Assembly: GCA_022340775.1 (NCBI GenBank)
Contig: JAJDNH010000025.1
Coordinates: 2,007 to 66,006 of the forward strand
From: Acidobacteriota bacterium
Lineage (GTDB): Bacteria > Acidobacteriota > Thermoanaerobaculia > Thermoanaerobaculales > Sulfomarinibacteraceae
Direction: 5' to 3'
DNA: 64,000 nt
Below the pieces are notes generated by a model. It had not been told where the DNA came from. It ran no database searches and saw only the letters and a list, made by a program, of their open reading frames with translations. Shown piece after piece: positions 37,544 through 48,000 of the stretch (position 1 is the first letter of the stretch; the number at the start of each line of letters is the position of its first letter). The position numbers and the translations under genes are program-made.

Positions 37544-38695
37544 ATGCGCAGCAGGGCGTTTCCGCTCCTCGCGGTGCTCCTCGTAATAGCTGCAGGAGTC
37601 CTCGAGGGCTCGTCGTCGGTCGGGCCGGTGAAGCCGCAGCTGGAGGTCGTCCGCAGTCGTATCCGTCAGCTGAAGCAGGAGCTCGACGACCTGGACCGCC
37701 GGACCGCGGACGCTCGTTCCAAGGAGCTCAAGCTGACGGCGCAGCTCGACCTGGCGCAGGCACGGGTCGAAGAGCTCGAGCTGGTACTTACCGGCAGTCG
37801 CGACGAGATTATCCGTCTGCGTGCCGAGGCGGAACGGACAGCCAAGGAAATGCAGCAGCGGCTGGGGGTACTGAACCAGCAGCTCCAGATGATGGCGCTG
37901 CTCGGGCGCCCCGGACCGTTGCAGCTGCTGTTTGATGCTGCCCGCGGTGGTCAGTTGGGGCGGGCCATGGGGACGATCTCGGTCATGACCTCCGGCCAGC
38001 TGCGCCTGCTCGATGAGTATGGCAGGCTCGAGACGCAGCACCGAAAGCGGCTCAACGAGCTGAGCGCCGTGCTGAGCCGCGCGCAGGGTGAGGCGGTCGA
38101 GCTGGAGGCACGCCGACGTGAGCTCGAGACAGTGCGGACGCAGGTCAGTCGCGAGCGGCGGCGGCTCGAACACCGACGTAGCAGCACCGAGAACCGGCTG
38201 GCGGAGATGCAGCAACGCGAGCAGGCTTTAGAACGACTGCTCGGGGTGTTGGCCTCCCACCGGCGCGTGACCGGTCGGGATGATATTCGTCGCTACCGCG
38301 GTGCGCTGCCGTGGCCGGCTACAGGCGAGATTGTCGAGACCTTCGGTCGGCATCGGCTGCCGCGCTATGCCACATACACCGTTTGCAACGGGCTTCGGTT
38401 GCGGGTGACCGGGGGTAGCCCGGTGGAGGCGGTGTTCCCTGGAGTGGTGGCCTACGCGAGATACTTCAAGGGCTACGGCAACATGGTCGTTTTGGACCAT
38501 GGACGGGACGTATACTCGCTGGTGGCGGGGCTTGCTACAATCCTCGTACGGCGGGACCAGAACGTGGTCATGGGAACGCACCTCGGTCTGACCCCGCCCG
38601 CGGGCGACGGCGGCAACCTGTACCTCGAGTTCCGCGATCGTGGCAAGGCGTCGAACCCGCTCACGTGGCTTCGACTCAAGGAGGGACGATCCTGA
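37544..38695 (+). CDS. EnvC-like coiled-coil / M23 (LytM) domain protein
   Basis: Signal peptide, then about 220 aa of heptad-rich coiled coil. The C-terminal LytM fold is GLRLRV..GSPVEAVFPGVVAYARYFKGYGNMVVLDHG. Confidence 0.8.
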   Translation: MRSRAFPLLAVLLVIAAGVLEGSSSVGPVKPQLEVVRSRIRQLKQELDDLDRRTADARSKELKLTAQLDLAQARVEELELVLTGSRDEIIRLRAEAERTAKEMQQRLGVLNQQLQMMALLGRPGPLQLLFDAARGGQLGRAMGTISVMTSGQLRLLDEYGRLETQHRKRLNELSAVLSRAQGEAVELEARRRELETVRTQVSRERRRLEHRRSSTENRLAEMQQREQALERLLGVLASHRRVTGRDDIRRYRGALPWPATGEIVETFGRHRLPRYATYTVCNGLRLRVTGGSPVEAVFPGVVAYARYFKGYGNMVVLDHGRDVYSLVAGLATILVRRDQNVVMGTHLGLTPPAGDGGNLYLEFRDRGKASNPLTWLRLKEGRS

Positions 38696-39825
38696 ACATC
38701 CGTAGAGCCCGAACCATCCTCCTGATCGCATCACTGACGGTGGTCCTGTGTGGCACGGGTCTGGTGCTTGCAGACCGCAGCTTCAAGGACGATCTGTACC
38801 GAGCTCTCGGCAACCTCGCGGAGGTCGTGCACCTGATCCATACCCAGTACGTCGACAAGGTCGATCTTGGAGCTTTGGGCGAGGGGCTCGATGGCGGGAT
38901 TGTCGAGTCGGTCGACCCGTGGGCGGCGGAGCTCAACGACGCAGAGCTGGGGCCGTACAAGGAGCTGCTCGCCGGACCGCCACCCTTCGGTATCGAGCTC
39001 GGGCTGCGCTTCGGGACTGCAGCAGTGAGAGGCGTGGTGGCAGGGTCACCGGCCGATGCAGCAGGTTTTGCGCCGTGGGAGATCCTGGAGAAGGTGGAAG
39101 GGCGGCCGACCCGTGGGATGCCGCTGTGGAGGGTCCGGCTGATGCTCGCCGAGCGCGAGAAGGCCGGCGGTGCCCTCAGCCTTGTCGTCGTCGACCGGCA
39201 GGTGGAGAAACGGCGCACGGTCGAGCTCGAGGCTCGGAAGTGGCAGCCGCACAGCATCGACCACGAGGTCCGCGACGGCGTGGTGGTGATCTCGCTGCAC
39301 GCTTTGCCCGCGGGTACCGCAGCAGCGGTCGCGTCGGCTGCCGGTGAGGGACCCAGGGTGCTCGATCTGCGCGCGCTCAGCTGGGGGGTCGAGGACGAGG
39401 CGCTGGCTGTCGCCGACCTTTTCATCGGCCGCGGACAGCTCGGCAACTGGAAAGGCCGTCGAGCTGGAGAGCGGAACTTCCCAGCGAGCTCCAAGTCACT
39501 CGCCGGTCCGCCACCCGTGGTGGTGATCGGGGGCGACACGGAGGGCGTTGGCGAGATTCTCGCTGCGGCGCTGCAGGCGGGGGGGTGCAAACTGGTGGGA
39601 GGTCCCACGCTGGGACATGCACCTCACATGATGTTCGTGAGCGAAGGGGACCTCCACCTGTGGATCCCTGTTGCCCACTGGATGCGGGCCGACGGGAAGG
39701 CAATCGACGGCAACGGCGTTGAACCGGACATCAAGGTTGCGCAGCCGGCGAAGCCGGAAGAGGACCCGGCCCTCCAGCGGGCCCTCGAGATCGCACGAGA
39801 AGGGCGGCATGCCGCAGCGGCGTAA
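38665..39825 (+). CDS. S41 (C-terminal processing peptidase, Ctp)-like protein with PDZ domain; catalytic Ser/Lys apparently substituted
   Basis: A Ctp-like N-terminal block (YRALGNLAEVVHLIHTQYVDKV), a PDZ (GVVAGSPADAAGFAPWEILEKVEG) and LDLR are present. However, GGDTEGVGEILAAAL replaces G-S-A-S-A-S-E-I, and GPTLGHAP replaces T-F-G-K-G. The start is uncertain (GTG 38665; in-frame CTG 38692 follows AAGGAGG). Confidence 0.7.
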   Translation: MASTQGGTILNIRRARTILLIASLTVVLCGTGLVLADRSFKDDLYRALGNLAEVVHLIHTQYVDKVDLGALGEGLDGGIVESVDPWAAELNDAELGPYKELLAGPPPFGIELGLRFGTAAVRGVVAGSPADAAGFAPWEILEKVEGRPTRGMPLWRVRLMLAEREKAGGALSLVVVDRQVEKRRTVELEARKWQPHSIDHEVRDGVVVISLHALPAGTAAAVASAAGEGPRVLDLRALSWGVEDEALAVADLFIGRGQLGNWKGRRAGERNFPASSKSLAGPPPVVVIGGDTEGVGEILAAALQAGGCKLVGGPTLGHAPHMMFVSEGDLHLWIPVAHWMRADGKAIDGNGVEPDIKVAQPAKPEEDPALQRALEIAREGRHAAAA

Positions 39826-40990
39826 GAAGTCCCGTTCCAAACAGACACCGCAGCTACGGGCCCTGGCGCTGTTGGCCTGTCTGATTGTGATCGCAGGTGC
39901 GGTCTGGTACTTCGCTCGTGACCGGGGTGCGGCGACTGCTCACCACGCGGTCGCCCGGGCGGACTTCGGAGACCGCCTGCGGACGCTCGCTGGCCGGCGC
40001 GGCGCGCGGCCAGCCGAGATCGATGCCGATGACCCGATCCGCAGGGTCGGAGGCGTCTTCGTCAGAACCTGGAAGATTTCGCTGCCCGACCAGGAAGCGG
40101 TACGCCTGCTGCGCGGCGACCTCAAGGCGGAAACTGCCACGTGGCAGGGACGGCTCAGCACTCCGCCCCGTTGGGAGTCGGATGACGGCCGGATCCGGGT
40201 CGATCTCGAGGGTGAGGCTTTCGATATTCACCTGCGGGTCGCGGGCGGGAAAGCGGCCAGCGTACCTACGAAGCCGCCGACGGCCCCCCCAAGGCCGACG
40301 GAGCGACCCACCCTCCCGGCATCGGCCCATGGGCGCCTGGCCATCCTCCTCGACGATGCAGGCCAGAACCGCGAGCTGGTGCCGGAGGCAGCGGCCTTGC
40401 CGGAGGCGATCGCGGTCGCGGTGCTGCCGTTCCTGCCCCACTCGGTGGACACCGCGGCCGAGCTCCACCGAACGGGGCACGAGGTGTGGTTACACCTGCC
40501 AATGGAGCCACGCGGCTACCCCAAGGAGAATCCCGGGCCGGGCGCCATCCTGGTGTCCATGCCGGAACGGGAGGTGCGCACCACCGTGCGCTCCGCGCTC
40601 AACAACGTTCCATTCATCGTCGGTGTCAACAACCACATGGGGTCTCTGGCAACCGAGAATCTGCGGACGATGACGTGGGTGATGCAGGAGATCGCGGGCC
40701 GGGGCCTGAAGTTCCTGGACTCCCGCACTACGGCCGGCACCGTCGCCGAGGAAGCGGCGCGGGCGCAGGGCATTCCCACTGGGCGACGCAACGTCTTCCT
40801 GGACAATGACGGGCACGCCAACGCCATCGAACGCCAGCTTGATGAAGCGATCTACCTCGCCCGCAGAGATGGGTCGGCGATCGCCATCGGCCACATGCAC
40901 GCCCGGACACTGCGGGTGCTGGAACGCGAGGCGGAGCGGTTTTCTGCCCGCGGCGTCACCCTCGTGCCCCCCTCCAAGCTGCTGCATTGA
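39809..40990 (+). CDS. Divergent polysaccharide deacetylase family protein (YibQ-like)
   Basis: N-terminal TM, then LAILLDDAG...VLPFLPHS...HLPMEP...GVNNHMGS...AIGH. ATG 39809 overlaps the end of the upstream gene. Confidence 0.8.
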   Translation: MPQRRKKSRSKQTPQLRALALLACLIVIAGAVWYFARDRGAATAHHAVARADFGDRLRTLAGRRGARPAEIDADDPIRRVGGVFVRTWKISLPDQEAVRLLRGDLKAETATWQGRLSTPPRWESDDGRIRVDLEGEAFDIHLRVAGGKAASVPTKPPTAPPRPTERPTLPASAHGRLAILLDDAGQNRELVPEAAALPEAIAVAVLPFLPHSVDTAAELHRTGHEVWLHLPMEPRGYPKENPGPGAILVSMPEREVRTTVRSALNNVPFIVGVNNHMGSLATENLRTMTWVMQEIAGRGLKFLDSRTTAGTVAEEAARAQGIPTGRRNVFLDNDGHANAIERQLDEAIYLARRDGSAIAIGHMHARTLRVLEREAERFSARGVTLVPPSKLLH

Positions 40991-41121
40991 GCCCGGGTCA
41001 TCATTCGCGGTCGCAGCGAATCGCGAGTGCATGAGCCCGCCACGCCAGATCCGCGGCCTTCGGCCGCACATCTCGGGGGTCGTTTCTGGGGAGAGTTGCC
41101 TTCTGGGCCGGGATATCCGGG

Positions 41122-41784
41122 CTACGCGATGCCGGTGAAGGTGTGCCAGAGCAGGAAGAGGCCGAAGCCGACCATGGCCACGCCAACGATGGTGAGGAGG
41201 CGCTGCTGCGCCTTTGGCGAGAAGATCTGTCGGCCGCGGTGCAGGGCGTACAGCAGAGGTAGGTACCACGAGAGGACGCCGGCCAGAAAACCGAGCAGGA
41301 CGGCTGTCAGGCCGAGGCGGCCCCAGTGGCGGGACGCGTGCACGAATGCCGTACCGACGGTGGTCCACCAGATCCAGTAGCCGGGGTTGGCGAGCGGAAT
41401 CAGGAGGCCGGAGATAAAGGGGCCGTGGAGTGCCTGCTCGCGATCGGCGAGTTTCTTGCCGCGTTGACTGACCAGGCGAGAGACGTCCTTGGGGGCGGCG
41501 ATGATCATGGCAGTTCCAGCAATCACGAGCAGGGTGCCGGCGATCGGCGGCATGTACTGGGAGCCCCCGATGCTGCGCAGCCATGGTTGCAGCCCCAGCG
41601 CCAGGCCGAGAAAGACGAGGATGTCCAGCATCACGACCGCACTGAGGCAGGCAGCTGCCGCACGGGTGCCCTGAGTCACCGCGTAGCGGCTCGCTGCCAG
41701 TGTGCTCGGGCTGGGGATGACGACGGTCGCGAAGCTGACGAAGAAGGCTGAAGCCACGATGGCCGGGAGCGACGACAGATCCAT
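41122..41784 (-). CDS. Small-molecule exporter-like membrane protein (LysE/RhtB-type topology)
   Basis: It has six predicted TM helices and is about 220 aa. The N-terminal FFVSFATVVIPSPSTL resembles the LysE PGP region. The assignment is weak. Confidence 0.45.
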   Translation of the reverse strand: MDLSSLPAIVASAFFVSFATVVIPSPSTLAASRYAVTQGTRAAAACLSAVVMLDILVFLGLALGLQPWLRSIGGSQYMPPIAGTLLVIAGTAMIIAAPKDVSRLVSQRGKKLADREQALHGPFISGLLIPLANPGYWIWWTTVGTAFVHASRHWGRLGLTAVLLGFLAGVLSWYLPLLYALHRGRQIFSPKAQQRLLTIVGVAMVGFGLFLLWHTFTGIA

Positions 41785-41795
41785 CCCGGCCCGTC

Positions 41796-43211
41796 CTATC
41801 GTTCCCGGCGCCACACGGTGCCGTGCGCCGTGTCCTCGAGCAGAATTCCCTGCTCGCGCAGCTGGTCGCGAATTGTGTCGGCGCGGGAGAAGTCGCGGGC
41901 GGCGCGGGCTCCGTTGCGCTCATCGATCATGCGTTGGATGTGCTCCTCGTCTGCCGGTCCAGGGTCGGCGGCTGCCGGCATCAGGTCGAGCACCGCGTCT
42001 GCCTCGCCGAGCGCCGCAAGGACGTTCGCATGAGCAGCCCCAGACAGACCACCTGCGTCAAGGGCGATATTGACCGTGCGCAGCAGCGTGTGGAGTGCGG
42101 CCAGTGCACGGGCAGTGTTGAGGTCGTCGCCCAGAGCCTCGAGGAAGTCGTTGCGAAACCGGGCAATCTCCTCAGCTGGCAGGGCACCGGGTCCGGTCGC
42201 GATCGGTGTAGTCCGCAGCCGGTGAAGCGTGTTCGAGATCCGGTCAATCGCCTGATCGGCAGCGTGGAGACCGTCGAACGTGAAGTTCAGCTTCTGTCGG
42301 TACGGGACCGAGATCAGCAGATAGCGGATAGCCAGAGGGTCGTGGCCCCGCGCGAGCAGATCCCTGAGGGTGAAGAAGTTCCCCTTCGACTTGGCCATCT
42401 TCTCGCCCTCGACGATGAGGTGCTCGGCGTGAAGCCAGTAGCGGACGAACGGAGCGTTCGTGGCGCCCTCCGACTGTGCGATCTCGTTCTCGTGGTGAGG
42501 GAAGATGTTGTCGACGGCACCGGTGTGGATGTCGAAGCTGTCGCCGAGAAGGCTCATCGACATGGCGGAGCATTCCAGATGCCAGCCCGGCCGCCCACGA
42601 CCGAGGGCGGTCTCCCAAGCAGGTTCTCCCTCGCGTGCCGCCTTCCACAGCACGAAGTCTCGTGCGTCCTCCTTTTCGTACTCGTCGGAATCGACTCGTG
42701 CCCCTGCCAGGTTGGCCTCCGGGCGAACGCCGGACAGCTTGCCGTAGCCGGGGAAACCCGAGATCCGGTAGTACACGGAACCGGCCGAGGTGTAGGTAAG
42801 GCCGTTGTCGCTGAGGCGCTGGACGAGCGCGACCATCTGTTCGATGTAGTCGGTGGCGCGGGGGTAGTGCTCCGCCGCCTCGGCCCGCAGTGTTGCCAGG
42901 TCCTCGAAGAAGGCTTCGACGTACCGGTCGGTGTAGGTGCGAAGGTCCAGCCCGGCCCTTTGGGCGCCCAGGATCGTCTTGTCATCGACGTCGGTCAGGT
43001 TCATGACCTGGGTAACGCGGTACCCGAAGAGCTTCAACGTGCGTCTCAGCACATCCTCGAACAGGAAGGTGCGGAGGTTGCCGATGTGAACGTGGTCATA
43101 GACGGTGGGTCCACAGGTGTAGAGGCGGGCGTGCCCAGGCTCGATGGGCGCAAACGTCTCGAGCCTTCGGGTGAGGGTATTGTAGAGCCGAAGCTCCCCC
43201 GCCATGGCCAC
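41796..43211 (-). CDS. cysS: Cysteine--tRNA ligase
   Basis: Class I motifs are HIGN (DHVHIGNLR) and KMAKSKGN (KMSKS). Zn-binding CGPTVYD is present. Confidence 0.95.
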   Translation of the reverse strand: MAMAGELRLYNTLTRRLETFAPIEPGHARLYTCGPTVYDHVHIGNLRTFLFEDVLRRTLKLFGYRVTQVMNLTDVDDKTILGAQRAGLDLRTYTDRYVEAFFEDLATLRAEAAEHYPRATDYIEQMVALVQRLSDNGLTYTSAGSVYYRISGFPGYGKLSGVRPEANLAGARVDSDEYEKEDARDFVLWKAAREGEPAWETALGRGRPGWHLECSAMSMSLLGDSFDIHTGAVDNIFPHHENEIAQSEGATNAPFVRYWLHAEHLIVEGEKMAKSKGNFFTLRDLLARGHDPLAIRYLLISVPYRQKLNFTFDGLHAADQAIDRISNTLHRLRTTPIATGPGALPAEEIARFRNDFLEALGDDLNTARALAALHTLLRTVNIALDAGGLSGAAHANVLAALGEADAVLDLMPAAADPGPADEEHIQRMIDERNGARAARDFSRADTIRDQLREQGILLEDTAHGTVWRRER

Positions 43212-43253
43212 CTCCGCGTGGGATTGTACACGTCGCGGCTCGGTGTCCCCGGG

Positions 43254-44207
43254 CTACTCCTGGACGACGGGGACCGCCAGGGCTTCGACGACGTCGATCT
43301 CGTGATCGGTTGCGCAGTGCATGCAGCGGGCGTGGATCTGCTTGCCTTCGGAACGAAAGTCGAGGTCCTTGGCGCCGCAAGACCCGCAGATGAAGCGCCG
43401 TGCGAACGCCCAGTCCATGATGACGTTGGCGGAGAAGCTCGACTCCTTGTCCAGCTGCCACGCGAGGCTCTTCGAGACCTTCTCCCCGAGCTCGATTGGC
43501 ACCTCGAACGTGAGCTGAAGCCGAACCTTGTCCTTCTTCTGGACCAGCTTGCCGCCGATGTCGACGTCGGCGACGAGCTCGAACGGGAACGACAACGTAC
43601 CCTCTTCGCGCTGGGTGAGAAAGCGGCGCGAGGTCAGAAGCAGCGGCCCTTCGTCGCTGCGCAGGAGCAAGAACGGAATCTCCTCCTGTCCCAGCGCCTG
43701 TGCGAAGAGAACCGTGGCGTCCTTGTCCAGAGGGTGACTCTCGAGGTAGCCCTTGGCCCGGTCATCCCACTCTCGCCGCACTTGAATCGCCTTCGTGACA
43801 GCCTCCTCGAGGCGGGCCTCGCGCTGCATGCGCTGCACCTGCTCGCGTTCCCACTTGGCGAACACGAGGCCGCAGCGGGCGCATTCTGGATCGGTGGTTG
43901 GCTGGACGAAGCCGCACCGCGGGCACTCCTGGGTCGCGAGCGATCCTTCCTCGGCCGGAGGCATTTCCGTGTTTGGTCGGACCTCGATGCAGACGCCGGC
44001 ATCGTCGAGAGCGTTGACGGTGGTTCGAGCCTGGTCGGAAGACAGACGCTGGAACAACGGAGCCGAGGGGCGGCGCAGGAGCTCCAGGCTCTCCTCGGTG
44101 GAGTGTCCCGTCAACCGTTCGAAGGCACTGGCAAACCGGGTTCGACCTGCCGGCGACGGATCTCGCAAACCCAGGAGGTAGATATCGAATGAGATGACAT
44201 CGGCCAT
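43254..44207 (-). CDS. Hypothetical protein with two CxxC...CxxC zinc-ribbon segments
   Basis: The ribbons are CPRCG..CARCG and CGSCG..CMHCA. A central region is LLLTSRRFL.. (bacterial PH-like?). The start is at MADVISF. No family recognised. Confidence 0.5.
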   Translation of the reverse strand: MADVISFDIYLLGLRDPSPAGRTRFASAFERLTGHSTEESLELLRRPSAPLFQRLSSDQARTTVNALDDAGVCIEVRPNTEMPPAEEGSLATQECPRCGFVQPTTDPECARCGLVFAKWEREQVQRMQREARLEEAVTKAIQVRREWDDRAKGYLESHPLDKDATVLFAQALGQEEIPFLLLRSDEGPLLLTSRRFLTQREEGTLSFPFELVADVDIGGKLVQKKDKVRLQLTFEVPIELGEKVSKSLAWQLDKESSFSANVIMDWAFARRFICGSCGAKDLDFRSEGKQIHARCMHCATDHEIDVVEALAVPVVQE

Positions 44208-44433
44208 GGGAATGCCCCTTTCGGTGGCTCCATTATCTCGAATCCTCACCTCAAACTCCACCGCTCGGCTCGGGCTTCGGGCAAGGCCGGCGCTCTACTG
44301 TGTTGCCGAGCCCGAGGTCGCTGCAGAGCTCGCCCCGGTCCGCACGGGGTGGGGGCGGTGCGGGCCGGAGGAGGAGACTACTCGTTTGGCGAGCAGTGTC
44401 CCAGTAGTACGAACGAGCCTCCAGCAGTCTTGG

Positions 44434-45384
44434 TTACTTGTGGTGGCCGCCCGCGTACGCCTTTTCGCCCGCACGAACCGCGATCGGTAGATCGTTGCCG
44501 GGAATCGGCAGCGGACAGGTCGCGAACGGCGTGAAGGCGCAGGGCGGGTTGTACGCGCGGTTGAAGTCGAGAACGACCGTACCGTTGTCGTCCGGAGCCG
44601 CTGCCGACAGGAACCGTCCTGCTCCATATGTCTGGCTGCCGCTGGTCGCGTCGCGAAAGACGAAGAACAGCTCCTGGTCCTTTGGGGACTCAACCAGCGG
44701 TTTGAGACTCAGCTGGTGGCCTTCGAGGGTGAAGTGGACGATGCCGGGGACCAGCATCTGCTGCGTCGAGCCGACGACCGTCGGCACATCCACGGGCTGC
44801 GGCTTCTCGAACCTCACCAACCTGCCCTTGACCCGGTACTCGGGATCGGGTGGGAAGTACTGGAGTCCGAGAAAACCGGTCCTCGTCTCCGCCTGCGGGT
44901 CCTTCACCCTGATCGCGAACCTGGTTCCCCGCTTGATCAGGTAGAAGGAGATCCGCCCGGCGTGAAGCACGTCCGGGGCGCCGTCGGCGTCGCTCGCCAG
45001 GGCTCGTCGGGTCACCGGCTCGCCGGCGACGGTGACGCCCGCATCCGGGTTACAGTCGATTGTGACGGTGCCGTTGGTTGCGAGTTCGAAGCGGCCGGCG
45101 TGACCGGCGGTCTCGGGGATGACGACCGAGTTGGACAGGTCCGATCCGAAGTCGTTTCTTCCTGGTTCGAGCCAGAACAGGCCGACCAAGGTCAGCCATC
45201 CGTCCTCGGAGGTGAGGCTCTCCAGGCGGTGTGCCCGCCACGCCTGCTCCTCGGCAAGGAACTGCGGGTCGGCGTTCGGGGACGTTTTCCGGCTGCAGCC
45301 GGTGATCAGGACGGTCGTTCCCAGGAGCATCGCGGTCAGGAACGACAGGGCAAGCGGAGCTGCGAGGCGAGCATGGCGCGTCAT
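44434..45384 (-). CDS. DUF1684 family lipoprotein
   Basis: Lipobox LITGC. The C-terminal block is TYGAGRFL...[37 protein letters not shown]. The start is ATG 45384. Confidence 0.7.
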   Translation of the reverse strand: MTRHARLAAPLALSFLTAMLLGTTVLITGCSRKTSPNADPQFLAEEQAWRAHRLESLTSEDGWLTLVGLFWLEPGRNDFGSDLSNSVVIPETAGHAGRFELATNGTVTIDCNPDAGVTVAGEPVTRRALASDADGAPDVLHAGRISFYLIKRGTRFAIRVKDPQAETRTGFLGLQYFPPDPEYRVKGRLVRFEKPQPVDVPTVVGSTQQMLVPGIVHFTLEGHQLSLKPLVESPKDQELFFVFRDATSGSQTYGAGRFLSAAAPDDNGTVVLDFNRAYNPPCAFTPFATCPLPIPGNDLPIAVRAGEKAYAGGHHK

Positions 45385-45505
45385 GCCGTTCTTGTACCAC
45401 AGCCAACGGGTTTGCGTGCGTCGCGCGGACCGACCAGCACCAGAGAGGGCTTTGACTTCCAAGCCGCGGAGTGGTAAAAGCCGCTGCCTTCGGGGGACGC
45501 GAGAG

Positions 45506-47317
45506 ATGACCGAGCTGTTATTCAGAAACATTGCCATCATCGCCCATGTCGACCACGGCAAGACGACCTTGGTCGACGCCATGCTGTGGCAGAGCGGGAT
45601 CTTCCGTTCCAACCAGCGCGTCGCCGAGCGCGTGATGGACTCCAACGACCTCGAGCGGGAGCGCGGCATCACGATTCTGGCGAAGAACACCGCGGTCCGC
45701 TACCGCGGCGTCAAGATCAACATTGTGGACACTCCTGGCCACGCCGACTTTGGCGGTGAGGTTGAGCGCACGCTGCAAATGGTCGACGGCGTCTTGCTGC
45801 TCGTAGACGCCGCCGAGGGGCCATTGCCCCAAACCCGGTTCGTGCTCGAAAAGGCACTCCAGCTCGGGCTGCCGGCGATCCTGGCCATCAACAAGATCGA
45901 CCGCGACGATGCACGGCCCGAGGAGGTGCTCAACGAGGTCTACGACCTCTTCATCGATCTCGATGCCAACGACGAGCAGCTCGATCTCCCCGTCTTCTTC
46001 ACGGACGCACGCAAGGGGATCGCACACCGTGAGCTGGGCGACGCTTCCAGGGACCTGCGGCCACTGCTTGACGAGATCGTCGACACCTTGCCGCCGCCGA
46101 GTGGTGATCCGGAGCAGCCGCTGCAGCTCCTGGTAACCAACTTGGATTACAACGATTACGTGGGGCGGTTGGCCATTGGGCGCATCTTCAACGGTCGCCT
46201 CGAGGCCGGTGCCAGAGTGGCTGTGTCGCGTGCCGGGGGCCTGGGCGAAGCCAAGGTAGGCACTCTCTACACCCATGAGGGGCTCGATCGTCTCGAGGTC
46301 GACGAGGCCGTGACCGGGGACATCGTAGCCCTGGCCGGGCTGGGTGAGGTCTCCATCGGCGACACGCTCACCGATCTGGAGCGGCCGCGGCCCATGAAGC
46401 GCATCGTGGTTGACGAGCCCACCCTTGCGATGGTGTTCTCGCCCAACACCTCGCCGTTCGGCGGGCGGGAGGGGAGCTACGTCACCTCGCGCCAGATCCT
46501 CGGGCGTCTGGAGAAGGAGACGCTTCACAACGTGAGCCTGCGCCTCGAGGTTCTGGATGCGGACGCCTTTCAGGTGATGGGGCGCGGCGAGCTGCAGATG
46601 GCAGTCCTGATCGAGACGTTGCGGCGCGAAGGGTACGAGCTCAGCGTGTCGCAACCGCAGATCCTGACCCGCGAGGTCGACGGGCGGCTCCAGGAGCCGA
46701 TGGAGTTGGTGCTGGTGGACTGCCCCGAGGAGTTCACCGGGATCGTCACCCAGAAGCTCGGCGGGCGGCGTGGGCGGATGCTCAAGATGACCAATCACGG
46801 ACACGGCCGCGTGCGGTTGGAGTTCCGGGTGCCGACCCGGGGCCTGATCGGTTTCCGCTCCGAGTTCCTTACCGATACCAGGGGAACCGGGATCCTCAAC
46901 ACGCTCTTCGACGGCCACGAGCCGTGGCAAGGAGAGATCCCGGGCCGCACCACCGGCGCCATGGTGGCCGACCGGCCGGGTCGAGCGACGCCGTACGCGC
47001 TGTACCACCTGCAGCCGCGCGGCACGCTGTTCGTGCGTCCGGGAGTCGACGTCTACGAGGGAATGATCGTCGGCCAGTACAACCGCGAGAACGACCTTGT
47101 CGTGAACGTCACGCGCGAAAAGAAGCTGACCAACATGCGGGCGGCAGGAGCCGACGAAGCGCTCCGTCTCGCACCCCCGCAACGGATGACCTTGGATCGT
47201 GCCCTGGAGTGGATCGACGGCGACGAGCTGGTCGAGGTCACGCCATCGGAGGTCCGCCTGCGCAAGCGCGTGCTGGCAGAGAACCAGCGACCACGCCGAA
47301 GGCACGGAGACTCCTAG
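45506..47317 (+). CDS. typA: Translational GTPase TypA/BipA
   Basis: [36 protein letters not shown], and EF-G-like domains through to the C-terminus. Confidence 0.95.
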   Translation: MTELLFRNIAIIAHVDHGKTTLVDAMLWQSGIFRSNQRVAERVMDSNDLERERGITILAKNTAVRYRGVKINIVDTPGHADFGGEVERTLQMVDGVLLLVDAAEGPLPQTRFVLEKALQLGLPAILAINKIDRDDARPEEVLNEVYDLFIDLDANDEQLDLPVFFTDARKGIAHRELGDASRDLRPLLDEIVDTLPPPSGDPEQPLQLLVTNLDYNDYVGRLAIGRIFNGRLEAGARVAVSRAGGLGEAKVGTLYTHEGLDRLEVDEAVTGDIVALAGLGEVSIGDTLTDLERPRPMKRIVVDEPTLAMVFSPNTSPFGGREGSYVTSRQILGRLEKETLHNVSLRLEVLDADAFQVMGRGELQMAVLIETLRREGYELSVSQPQILTREVDGRLQEPMELVLVDCPEEFTGIVTQKLGGRRGRMLKMTNHGHGRVRLEFRVPTRGLIGFRSEFLTDTRGTGILNTLFDGHEPWQGEIPGRTTGAMVADRPGRATPYALYHLQPRGTLFVRPGVDVYEGMIVGQYNRENDLVVNVTREKKLTNMRAAGADEALRLAPPQRMTLDRALEWIDGDELVEVTPSEVRLRKRVLAENQRPRRRHGDS

Positions 47318-47412
47318 GCAAGAGCCGGTGTGCCACTGACTGTGGTGAATCGGGAGCTAGTCGGCGCCTCACCGACAGATCCGCGGCCTACGGCCCGCAC
47401 CCTTGACGCGAG

Positions 47413-48000
47413 CTAGAGCGAGACGGGGCGGGAGCCGGGCTTCTCGATCGGCCTGCCCTCCGCACACAGCGGGCACTGAGCGGGGTCCCAGGTCGGGAAG
47501 CTCACCGTCAGCAGGGCCGCATAGGGTAGGTTGTCGAACGGATTCTCGCTGCCGGAACGGTTCACGATTGACGCCAGGGCGATGACCCGCGCGCCCGCCT
47601 TCTCCAGAACCTCGATGACCTCGCGCGTCGACTTTCCTGTGGTCACCACGTCCTCGACCACAACGGCTCGTTGCCCCGATCTCACTGCAAAGCCGCGACG
47701 CAAGGTCATGTTGCCTTCCTGACGTTCGGTGAAGATGAAAGGCAGCTCGAGGGTGCGAGCCGTTTCGTGACCGATAATGAGACCACCCAGTGCGGGCGAC
47801 ACAATCAACTCCGGCTCGACCTCAAGCCGTGACACGGCGGCCGCGAGGAGCCTGCCGGCACGCTCGGCGCGACGCGGGTCGGCAAGGAACAGGGCGCACT
47901 GGAGGTAGTCGCCGGAATGCAGCCCTGAGGAGAGGCGGAAGTGGCCACGCCGGTGGGCGCCCGCTGCGGTCAGGTCATCGAGGGTCAACGGCGTCGTCAT
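47413..48000 (-). CDS. pyrE: Orotate phosphoribosyltransferase
   Basis: GHFRLSSGLHS is present. The PRPP loop is VVVEDVVTTGKST. Confidence 0.9.
   Translation of the reverse strand: MTTPLTLDDLTAAGAHRRGHFRLSSGLHSGDYLQCALFLADPRRAERAGRLLAAAVSRLEVEPELIVSPALGGLIIGHETARTLELPFIFTERQEGNMTLRRGFAVRSGQRAVVVEDVVTTGKSTREVIEVLEKAGARVIALASIVNRSGSENPFDNLPYAALLTVSFPTWDPAQCPLCAEGRPIEKPGSRPVSL

Noticed and set aside
41823-44192. 789-aa ORF on the plus strand
   Set aside because: It is antisense to cysS (clear HIGN/KMSKS motifs) and the zinc-ribbon protein. It has no recognisable domain and the biased composition of a GC artefact.
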